Assembly: GCA_030265395.1 (NCBI GenBank)
Contig: JARFYF010000094.1
Location: 29,416,901-29,480,900 of the forward strand
From: Rhina ancylostomus
Taxonomy: Eukaryota
Direction: 5' to 3'
Length of the DNA: 64,000 bases
Under the pieces are notes generated by a model that was not told the origin of the DNA, did not search any database, and saw nothing but the letters and a program-made list of their open reading frames with translations. This document shows positions 48,482 to 58,962 of the stretch, one piece after another (positions within the stretch are counted from its first letter, which is position 1; each line of letters begins with the position of its first letter). Made by a program: the position numbers and the translations under genes.

Positions 48482-48779
48482 CAGAGACACAAGAGATTCT
48501 GCAGATGCTGGAATCTGGAGCCACACACACAAAATGCTGGAGAAACTCAGCAGTTCAGACAGCATCTATGGAGAGAAATAAACAGTCGACATTTCGGGTC
48601 TCAACTGCTTATTGCTCTCCATAGATGCTGCCTGACCNNNNNNNNNNNNNNNNNNNNNNNNNNNNNNNNNNNNNNNNNNNNNNNNNNNNNNNNNNNNNNN
48701 NNNNNNNNNNNNNNNNNNNNNNNNNNNNNNNNNNNNNTGACCTGTTGAATTCCTCCAGCATTTTGTGTGTGTCGCTTCA
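48482..48779. mobile_element. Fused inverted pair of PLE terminal repeats (younger subfamily)
   Basis: acacaaaatgctggagaaactcagcag...cagcatctatggagagaaataaacagtcgacatttcgggtc | tcaactgcttattgctctccatagatgctgcctgacc..ttcctccagcattttgtgtgt. Confidence 0.9.
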
Positions 48780-48914
48780 AAAGCTATTGTCATAGCTGAT
48801 AGATGGGAGGGAACTAGAACTGTGGGAAGACTCTATTGACAGAACTCATGGTGGATAGCAATTCATTATCAACTGGCCACCTTCCTGATATGCTCATCAT
48901 TAGCATCCATTCCA

Positions 48915-48975
48915 CTTCTGTGAAGTGCTTTGGGACATATTTCTATGTTAAAGACATTGTGCAAGTATAAACTGT
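48915..48975 (+). mobile_element. Deu-SINE/L2-type 3' tail fragment
   Basis: ctgtgaagtgctttgggacatatttctatgttaaagacattgtgcaagt. Confidence 0.5.
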
Positions 48976-49544
48976 TGGCATCCAGACCTTGTGCACGTAG
49001 AAGTTGAGATTTGGAAGTATATCTCCAGGCTCATTGGTTCAGGAAGCTCTAGGCTTCTTGAACAAAATTGAATTTCCAAGGAGCAGTGAGATTCAGTTAC
49101 AAGAGTCGCCATTAGCTCCTTGGCAACAGAGTACCAACGTGGATCGAGAAAAGGAATGAGGAAAAAGGCTGTGCAATTATGTGACCTCCTGCCATATCCC
49201 GAAGCAGTTCCCCTCAAATGAATTGAACTATGAAATGCAAATATTTTTGTTGGTGACAAGGAGCTCCTGGTGTATGGCTTTCATACTACACAGTTCTCTT
49301 TTCCCTTTGGTAATGCCAAGATATACTTCCATTTAATACAACATTTCCTGCAAAGCTATTTAAGTAGGAAGAAAATTGTCTTTGCTCTGGTCTTTCAAAG
49401 CAAGCTGACAATATTAAGAAAAGCACTTCTTTAAACATATTTATACAGCCTGCATGGAACAACTACAGCTGAAGCAATGGATAAATTCTGCCACCAACAG
49501 TAAGCTGTTCACCCTTTACAAGAGAGGTCTGTACTAACCTCAAG

Positions 49545-49635
49545 ATATTCAGATAAAGGATCTCAATGTAAAATGACAACTGTCCATTTCCCTCCACAGA
49601 TGCCTGAGTTCCTCCAGCATCTCATTTGTTGCTTC
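49545..49635 (+). mobile_element. Decayed PLE terminal repeat
   Basis: cagataaaggatctcaatgtaaaatgacaactgtccatttccctccacagatgcctgagttcctccagcatc. Confidence 0.65.
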
Positions 49636-49809
49636 AAAAAAAAACTTTGACAGCCAACCAAGCCACATCCCTCAACTTGCCACCAACCAAAGCTGTTGAA
49701 TTGCCAATGAATGTATTTGATTGCTTTGTATTTCTCTTGAGAAATGCCAGCAGTTTACCTCATGATTGTTTGGTTCTTTGGATCTCCAATCTAAGTGTGC
49801 ATGAACATG

Positions 49810-50664
49810 GGAGTTGCAAACTTTGAGAGAGTTCCTTGCCACCATCATTCTGTTAAACTCCAATGGTGGACTCCTCGGAGTCCACCAGTGGAGTTCCAGT
49901 TTCCTTTGGTATCACTGGCCTTGAGCTCTACTTATTTCAGTAGAGAGGTCTGGCCATGATGGAGAGTGTAAGCTGCAAATAATTAAGAATGTTTTGAATG
50001 AATTCAATTCATTCAAACATAAGCATTTCCCAGTATTTTTACATACATTAAATGACGTTCAAAAACCACACAATTCTTTTTTTTAAAACTGCACATTATT
50101 TTTTTCATTTTTTTGAACATTCTGTAGCATAAGAATCATTCATAAACATTCAAACTCTTTCAAACCTTATCAGCGCATGGACAAGGTTTAACTGATTATT
50201 AAAGCATTTCTACGAGAAATACAGTCAGGCAGCTTGTTGCTGTGCAGGCCTCTCCGAACAGGCTACTCCTGGCTCCGTTCGAGAAGATCTCACTGGAGAA
50301 TTTCACTCCAGCTAAGAGAAGGCCTTTTATGTGAGGAAAACAGCAAGAAGGACAGCTCTCCATTCTCAGGATATTCCAGGCCAATTTTTCTAGCTCTCAC
50401 ATACATTCTAAAAGTAGTAGAAAGTATTCAAACGACCAAAAAAATTTTTTAAATTATAATGAAATATGTTTAAAAATTCAACTTGTTTTTGTGTGCTTAA
50501 ATTTAATTTTTAAATAGTCTATATTAACTAGCTTTGCCTCAGTACCAAAGAACTGTCCACCTCTATTGAATCAGTGGAGAAGTTGTACTTGCACCATGCG
50601 GACTAAGCACAAATTGCTCACATGTTGGTAAAGTGCTGGGGAATTGCCACAGCTTTGCAAATCC
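49810..50664. mobile_element. Putative old non-autonomous DNA transposon (imperfect TIRs, internal hairpins)
   Basis: ggagttgcaaa (49810) versus tttgcaaatcc (50654-50664) match 10/11 as an inverted repeat. Several internal palindromes and symmetric AT-rich spacers. Confidence 0.4.
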
Positions 50665-51589
50665 TGGATAGATTTACGCTGATAAAAGTATTTTATCCTC
50701 CAAACAAGATGCTGGAGGAACTCAGCGCAGCTGGCAAAAGTGTTATAAATAGTTGACCATAACTTTGAGACTTGTGCATTTACACAAAAATCCCACAGTT
50801 GCTGACAGTTACACAGTGAACAGTCCATTGGCAGTTTACCACAAAATCTGGGCCAACGTTCTTCTCGACAACATCTAGTTCCCAAATCCTCCTGCTTGGC
50901 TACTAATTTCATAAAACCTAAATTTCATTGAAAATGAATACCAACCTTGTTTTTAAGTAGATAACAGAAAACTAGCTAAAGTCATAATGGAATTCACAGC
51001 TGTGTTATTCTCTCTGGCTCCAACTGCCAAATTTTACACTGCAACACGTGCAAATAAGTGTACTTTAAATGCAAGAAGAGCAGCACATGAAGATGTGATT
51101 ATTAGACAATCAAAATAAAATCTTTGTAAATGCTGTAATCTATCTATAGCACTGAGACCTTGTGTAATCAGGGGATAGAAACAAGATGGCAAGGATTTTA
51201 CTGAACAGGGGCTACCACCCACATTGGCTGATGAAATGTTTTTATAGCTTATCCTGCATTCAGAAAGGTAATCTGGCTGAAAGGGACCATTCTGGAACTC
51301 AGTACTCTGAGCACACCAGAGCCTCATGCAGCACAAAACCCGAATCCCCTCTGTATAAACTTCAGATGAACAGTAAAATCATGGACCAGCTTTGCCATCA
51401 GTCAAGGCCTTAGATAGTGTCCAAATGTCTCCAACATTCAGAAACTATTAANNNNNNNNNNACTTAAAACAACATAAATGCTCAGGTAATTCTAGCAAGT
51501 TCCTGTTCCACTAGTATAGCAATGGAGTTAGGTTGGGGATTACTAGAAAGGTTCTTTCATTAAGTCTAGCACTGGGCATTCACCTGGGA

Positions 51590-52180
51590 GTCACAAAGTC
51601 AAAGTCAGAGAGATACACAATTTGGAAACAGACCCTTCAAGTCCAACTCATCCCTGCTAACCAAGGTGTCTTCCTGAGCATGTCCCATTTGCCTGCATTT
51701 AGCCCATATCCCTTCTGCATAGATGAAACAAAAAAATAAAACCCAACCAAAAGCAGCATAGATCTTTACATACAGGAGTCAAATTGTACCTGCACAGCTT
51801 CTGTGAAAAAGCTATCCAATTAGTCCCATTCCCCTACTCTACACCATTTCCGGTAAGCCTTATGAACATCTCCCTTTCAATAAATATCGAAGTCCCTTTT
51901 AAAGGTCATCATTGAACCAGGTTGTATTGTCATTCAAATTGGACATGAAAAATCATAACTTCTTACAACCAGAAAATCTCATCTGATCTGATCTTAAATC
52001 AGAATGCTACTCCTGCGAGTTGCTCTATTGAAATTCCCCATGGTTTTGAAAAATTATTATATCTGGCAATCAATCTCAGCCTCCCTGGTAACTCTGCATT
52101 TGAAGACTCTCATCCCAATGTTATTCCAGTAAATTTCCTCTTAACCTTGTTCAAGGCCATGGCTTATTGGACATCTTCAA
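51590..52180 (-). mobile_element. Two adjacent CR1 3' fragments (about 51590-51715 and 51760-52180)
   Basis: ggaaacagacccttcaagtccaactcatcc...tcccatttgcctgcatttagcccatatccctt; gctatccaattagtcccattcccctactct...ccagtaaatttcctcttaaccttgttcaaggcc. Confidence 0.7.
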
Positions 52181-55100
52181 AAGGTAAGAATTACATTCAG
52201 ATCAAGGATGAATAAATTGAAGTCTTTCACAGCTTAAACCCAAAGATTTTCTTTTACTTGCAGCTGAACTGTTTTGGGTCAAGACTCACATCCATTATGT
52301 TGTTCAGCTACCACTTAACATGCCTCCCAATTCATTTTTTTTTAAATCGAAAACTGATTAGCAAAACTTTGTGAAATAGGAGTGAATGGGCATACTGCCT
52401 GCCAAATCTTTCAGTGAAGCAACAGCTATCTTTTCATATGGTTTTAAGATTTTATACTGCTCCCATATACTGTACTCTGTAATGCAGAGTACTACCCAGC
52501 TCACCATGGTATCAAGCCACGCCCAGCCGTGATACGATTGATATCATCTAGTAACAGCTTTGCAGTGTGTTATAAAGGCCTTTATACAACATTCAAACGT
52601 TAACAAGGTCACCTCTGTTTCAGATTTGAAAGCCTGTAATCAGTTCATTTATTGCATTTAGCCAAACAGAGTCAGCAGTTAGGAACCAGCTGCAGCATTT
52701 CAAAATGAACAAAATCAGTTACCTTACTTCCCACCAATTGCGAATAAAGTAGTTATCATTGTTTTCAGGTTTGAAATTATTTTTATTACAGAGACTCTTA
52801 TAAAATGTTTATTGGCTGCAGAAACAATCAAAACTTAGGGCCTTGGTGAAAAAGAATCGATTTTATTTTTTCTAAATCTTTCTCCAAATACCCCATATTT
52901 GAGTACTTGGCTGATTGAGGCCATACCGTCTATAGATCAATGTTAACAACACACTGTGATGCAGCACAATACTTTTTCCAGTGAGGGACCTAGCATTTTC
53001 CTCAGTATTGAGTAATTCAACGGGTACTGCAGCCACAGCATATCATTGCTGATAGATGTTCTTGAGAAAAGAATAAAAGTATATCAAGGTCATGAGCTAC
53101 ATCCCTCAGCAATAAAAACCTACCCCGAGTGAAATCAAAGTTTCAGTTGCTCAAAATTAGGGTTTCTATTTGACACTACTACCAACACACCCAATGATGG
53201 ACATTTAATGACATTTGATTCCCATTCTTATCAACAAAAGTAAAAGATCCTGGGAGTCAAAATTAAATCCAGCTGCACCCATATTATCTTTTCCCAGCAA
53301 CGATGGCTACATACACCACATTCTCAGCAATCTACTCATTACAAATCCATTGAAGCAGACAGAGTTCCACATTTATCATTGTCCTTGAACAGACACCACA
53401 GATACAAGTTTTAAAGGCAAAAATTCCCGGTGCCAGCATCGTCACACAAACAATGAATTCACTGATGTCACATTCCATTCTCTGTATTAAAATAGGAGGC
53501 GCTAACATGTTGATTGTAAAATAGCAAGAAGGAGAGCAGGAGAGCATTGCCCATTCAGACAATTATGCCAATAATAATTGCTATTTTTCTGAAACTCCTA
53601 TTTTCCTCATAAGAAAAAAAAATTTGCTAAAATTTAAAGAGAACAAATGGTTTTGGACCCATTTCTACCTGATTTACCTCTGACAACATTAAACTCTCAG
53701 CAGTGCATTAAACATGAGAGAATGGCAGAACTTCATTCCAACATTTATTTGCTCAGGTCCCTCTGGGAGCTTTACAATCTACAGCAAAGCCATAAAAAAC
53801 AGAGTTGTGTTGGATCTCCGAAACTATTTTGTTGCTTCAGTAATAATGAGGTTAAACTGGAATAATACAGGCTCAAATGAAACCATCTGCATCTGTGCAA
53901 ATGTTCATTAGATTCACCAGTGACCCAGAATGTCATCTGTTGCATCAGAATATTGGAGCCCAATACACTCGATGGACTTGGTTACAATTTCAGAAACATG
54001 CAATGTCACAGCAGCATTACATCTGCTTGGCCACATATAAAGCAACACTTGGAGCAGACTGGCTCGCATTACATTTTACAGCATGGCAGACGACCAAATT
54101 ATGTGCACAGTTTATCAAGAGTAACAGTTAAAAACTGTTCAAATGGACTAAAACAAGAGCTATTTATTCCTTGTCCACCCCCAAGGCAGGAGCCTGAGCA
54201 GATGCTCTGGCTGTCTGCCACCATTCCCAAGACTGATGAATAGTCTGACTGGTCAGTTTGGTCAGACTCAGCTTTTTAAAAAGTAGTTCAAATATTGCTG
54301 ATTAGAGCAACCCTTGACATTTTGTTCACTTTTAATTTTCCAGTGCAAGAAATTTTAAGGGGCAGACAAAATCCCAGAGAGTGGAAAATTAATGGGCATA
54401 TGGGCCACAGTTGAACAGTAAACTGCCCATTAGCTGGGAGACTTCTGATCAATGTCAGGATTGGATGGGACATTTTATGTATCTGGTTTGGCCTGCTAAC
54501 TGGATTTCTTTTTCAAAGAGCAAATTTGGACATGATAGGCCAAATGTCCCTCATTTTTGTATTTTCCTGTTCAATGATTCTACCAAGGATGCTTCAGAGT
54601 ACACATATCCAAATATCAATCTTACTATACGGCACATCCAATTTGATTACTTCTACAGCGATCGGTAATCAATTAAGAAAATGTGGCACCTTAAACTGTA
54701 TCTTTGCTGTGCCAACAGCCATGTTAATGGTTTCAATTTGGAATAGCACAAGATTTAAAAACCATTAATCTATCATTTTAAACAACAGTATATATCTATG
54801 CTAACACTGCAACATTTAATTACCACTGAACTCACAGATCAGAGTTTGTGCTGAACCCGAAAAGGTTTTCACAGTGGGAGCATTTACTGTTTACCATTCA
54901 TTCATTAAAGGAGCTGTGCTAGCTGGAGATAGGAGATTTGTCAGCAAACTATTCAAACAATAATAACGCATAGCTGGAGGTGAATTACATACCACTAAAT
55001 CATTCACATGGTCCAGACCATGCCACAAATGACAGAATGGATATGTAGTGATTTATGAAAGCCCAGAGATGTTGGAAACTGAAATTCTAACTTAAAAGTA

Positions 55101-56871
55101 ACCACTTCTTTAAGGAAAATCATACTGGTCTACAGCATACACTCATAATAAAATCTATCATACAGAGTGTTGCATTACNNNNNNNNNNAGACCATCAAAA
55201 ATAATGAGTTATTTTATACCAAAGAACCGATATCACACTAATAATTCTCCAAATTGCATAAAACTACTTGGCATTTCAAATATTAAGAGGTCTGATCAGA
55301 AAACTGATAATTATCTTGAACCAAAGGTGTCTGCATCATACCAAGTAACCATCATTCATGGGAGTCTCCCTTATTTTCTGTCTCCTCTATGTCCTTATGC
55401 AAATCCAAATCTTTGCCATCATTCTCCTGTTCATTCCTCTAACTCTTCAGGGATGCCTTCATCTCCGAATTTGCACTTCCTGTGTACAATGTGAACCTCC
55501 TTCAATCCACAACAATCCCAGATACCCCTTAAAACTTTATGCCTTTGCTTGTTGCTCCTACATTTCAGAACTTCTAACACCTGGACATATTACAAGAAAA
55601 GCTATATCACAAGCTTCCTTGCTTCTGTCTTGATGATATTATAATCACATATGTTCCTCTCAACTTTCACCCCATTTTCCTTTTGAGCTCCAAATTTTAC
55701 ACCTGCTTTACATCTACATCTGTATCTTCCATACACAGCCTGGTAAAACCAGCATCAATTTCCTATAGGGATCTATTCCTTCCTAATATCTTTAAACCGT
55801 GGAATTCCCTTCCCCTTTCCCTGCAATTAAAAGCTCTTAAAATTTGAGCTTACCTCATCTCCAAATTGCTGTTTCTGAACCTAAAGTGACGTGTACCATA
55901 AAATTAGACAGGACATCTAGTGAATTGTTTTTGCTGTATTTTTGTTTGCTAACCATCCAATTTCATGGTACACACCAAGATCTTCCTATAGATGTCTATT
56001 GTTGTCCACACCACAGGGTTAGTGGTCAAATTCTAATTACATCAGTGATTGATAATTCAGAGACAATTATGAGAAAGTCACCCAGTGAATGCACCATGCA
56101 AGCTCGAAATATCACTATCGGACTCACATAAGTTTCCTTCTGGAATATTTTAATGTGATAAAAGTGCATCCACTTTAACTGAGAAGTACGAAACCTAAGA
56201 TCATAGAAAACAGAATTCAAAATCTGGCCCAAGGTGTCTCTACAAACTCTAATCCCCCTTATCTGATCTGTCCCCATGGCTCTGCATTTTTCTTTTCCTT
56301 CAGAAAGAAACTGGTTGTGATATTAATCCAGTGCAGGTTAGCATTGCAATTTAATCACACCTTTATTAAGGCAGAGCCAAAGATGTCAGTTTAAGTTATA
56401 GTAATTTGCAGTTACCCATTATGAAGTTGTATTCTGATATTCAAAAACAGATTTGTCCACTGTGTGTGAGCAATTTTTTACATATTTATTACAGCTTGTG
56501 TCTCTACCTGGAAAGCAATACCAGGCACATTCAAAATAATTGGGTACTGTTTTCCAAAATCACCCTGAAATAGAAAGGATGGAAATAAAGTCAGCCAAAG
56601 ATTTCAATGCAAAGCTAACAGTTATCTATTGACGACTGAAAATTGCATATGTGCATGGCTGGCGAAGGATAATACTTACATTCATAAAGTACTGTCAATT
56701 TAGTAAAACACCCCACAGCAATCCACATAATATGTTATTATACAAAATTTGATAGAGTCACAGATATATTAAGGAGGTCATACATGGAAAATAGGCAACT
56801 AAGTGGGATAAGGGAACAAAGAGATCTGGAAGTTAAAATGCATCAGCCAATTGGGAAGGTAATTTGAGGAA

Positions 56872-57325
56872 CATCCAGAGGCTTGGACGAATGACCCAGA
56901 GGCACTAGTTNNNNNNNNNNNNNNNNNNNNNNNNNNNNNNNNNNNNNNNNNNNNNNNNNNNNNNNNNNNNNNNNNNNNNNNNNNNNNNNNNNNNNNNNNN
57001 NNNNNNNNNNNNNNNNNNNNNNNNNNNNNNNNNNNNNNNNNNNNNNNNCTTTATGTGACACCAGATTCACAACCCCCTTGCTGACTTTTAGCAGAAGATG
57101 AAATGACCTGGCAAGCCATTCAATTCAGCAGTAATCAGGAAAGAGCAATATCTATGAAACTGAAAAGCTGGAACATCCTCATTGTCACATAAACCTTCAA
57201 AGGGGGAAGCATGCCATCTTCAGCTTCTCTGATCTTTACATGTCCCAACATTCACTGCAACATCTGACAATTAGGGATGGGCAATAAATGCCAGCTTTAC
57301 CAATGTCTCATATTCCATGAATTTA
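56872..57325 (+). mobile_element. tRNA-derived SINE relic(s) sharing the 'attagggatgggcaataaatgc' LINE tail
   Basis: atccagaggcttggacgaatgacccagagg...tatgtgacaccagattcaca...tgaaatgacctggcaagccattcaattc; tail caattagggatgggcaataaatgccagc at about 57268-57295. Confidence 0.6.
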
Positions 57326-57349
57326 GCAACACAGGTTAATACAGTTATT

Positions 57350-57720
57350 TAAAAAAAAACAAGCCAAGCACCAGGTTTATATCTTAAGGGGTAGAATTGA
57401 AAAAAAACTAAACTATAATCAAAGTTACAGTTGAGTGGTGTGCATAGCTACATTGCCATTTACAAAAATTTAAAATGCAATAGCAGTGGTGTAACAAGGA
57501 TTTGCGTGGCTAATGCTAGAAATGGTGAAACTGGGTCTCTTAATTTTTCTTAAAATTCTGAAAGGTTTCTGGAAAACAGATCCAGGTGTGGTGTTTTAAT
57601 TATTGGAAGAGCAAAATTGGAGGACGTCTGTACAAGGCAGTTATCAGGGAAACAGGGAAGCTACAGCACTAAAAAAAAAATAAGCAGTAGCAATGAATGA
57701 GGGTCAAGTAACTGAGATAA
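57350..57720 (+). mobile_element. Highly decayed CR1 RT C-terminal fragment
   Basis: aaaaaacaagccaagcaccaggtttatatcttaaggggtagaattgaaaa resembles KKANQALGFISRGIELK. Confidence 0.45.
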
Positions 57721-58754
57721 ATGACTTTGTTCACAGGGTTACCAGCAGGCAGCCCCTCTGTATAAAGAAACAAAGAACGACTGTCTACAGCACTTCAGAC
57801 CTTCTAATTCATCTGCGTAATTAGGGAGGAGCAGTACTATTCAAAGATTCAATTTAATGAAAAAAAATTCAGACCAAGGACATCAACTGTCAAGCTGAAC
57901 TTCATAATGTGCACTTGTTCAGCTGCGTACAATTGAAATCCGTGCAAAGGCATACACCAAAAGGGTCAAGGAACAATCTTGATAATGACATTCATTTCAC
58001 TATCCATAATCATCAAAACTGTTTGCATCAATCAGGTTCAGTTTTAGTAAAATTGCATTATTTCCAAGCAACCCAATGGATAACGACTTCTAATCAAGCA
58101 GCATTCAACTCTGCCTTAAGATGATCAGTGTTCAAAGTGCAGTTTCCACTGGTGATGTGACAAAAGTCCGCACACAAAACTGCAGCTATTGTGTTCTAGG
58201 GAGATGTTATTTCATCCTCAGTCAACATGCAATCACTACCATTAATGAATCACAGCCCATGATCCTAGTCCACAATCAAAAAACATCAAGCATTTTCAAA
58301 AACTGAAAACATAATGCTTTACCTAAACTTTCTTTTGCCCCATAGCTAAATGTGTACTTTGGAACACTTTTTAAGCTAGTGAGTAATTTGAACTCCACCT
58401 CAATAGACTGCAAGATAGCAATAACGTTATTACAATCAAATTATACTAAGCACCAACTTAATGCAGAACTTTACCATACACTGCAAATTAGACTACAGTG
58501 CAAGATGCCCAATTATATAGTTACACAAAATTCTCTACTGCCCTCTGGCCTAAGATGAAGATATTCAAATTTCTTCAGAGCAATGTTTTTGATTCAGAAG
58601 ATCAAGAATCTACAACTACACAAATGGAGAGGAAGAAAGTGTATAGGCAATATCGGAGTGGAAGGAAATGAACAGAAGGCCAGACGGTCTCATGAATATT
58701 CAGCAAACTGCATTGATCTTACACTGATTTTAAGGCATAACTCACTCAGTCCAC

Positions 58755-58962
58755 ATTCAGAGCACTGGGTCAAGCTCTGGTCAAACAAACACAAGGGAGA
58801 CATCATATCTCGAAGTAATGCAAAGATGGGAATGTCTGTCTAGCATCAGGTGACACAAATAGGAGGGAAAACTGGACATCTTATGCCTTGGAAGTAATTG
58901 ATTCTTTGGAATTTGCAACCACAGAGGCTGTGGCTATTGACTCAGTATATTCCTGGTTGAGA
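58755..58962 (+). mobile_element. Decayed CR1 fragments running into a gap
   Basis: gagcactgggtcaagctctggtca...cacaagggagacat (EYCVQFWS..HKGDI-like) and ctttggaatttgcaaccacagaggctgtgg...agtatattc. Confidence 0.5.

Noticed and set aside
50290-50407. Minus-strand acceptor followed by MYVRARKIGLEYPENGELSFLLFSSHKRPSLSWSEILQ*
   Set aside because: It lies inside a putative transposon relic whose AT-rich spacer mimics an acceptor, and I recognise no protein.
54242-54268. Small hairpin agtctgac...gtcagact
   Set aside because: 8-bp arms alone are within chance expectation and there is no supporting context.
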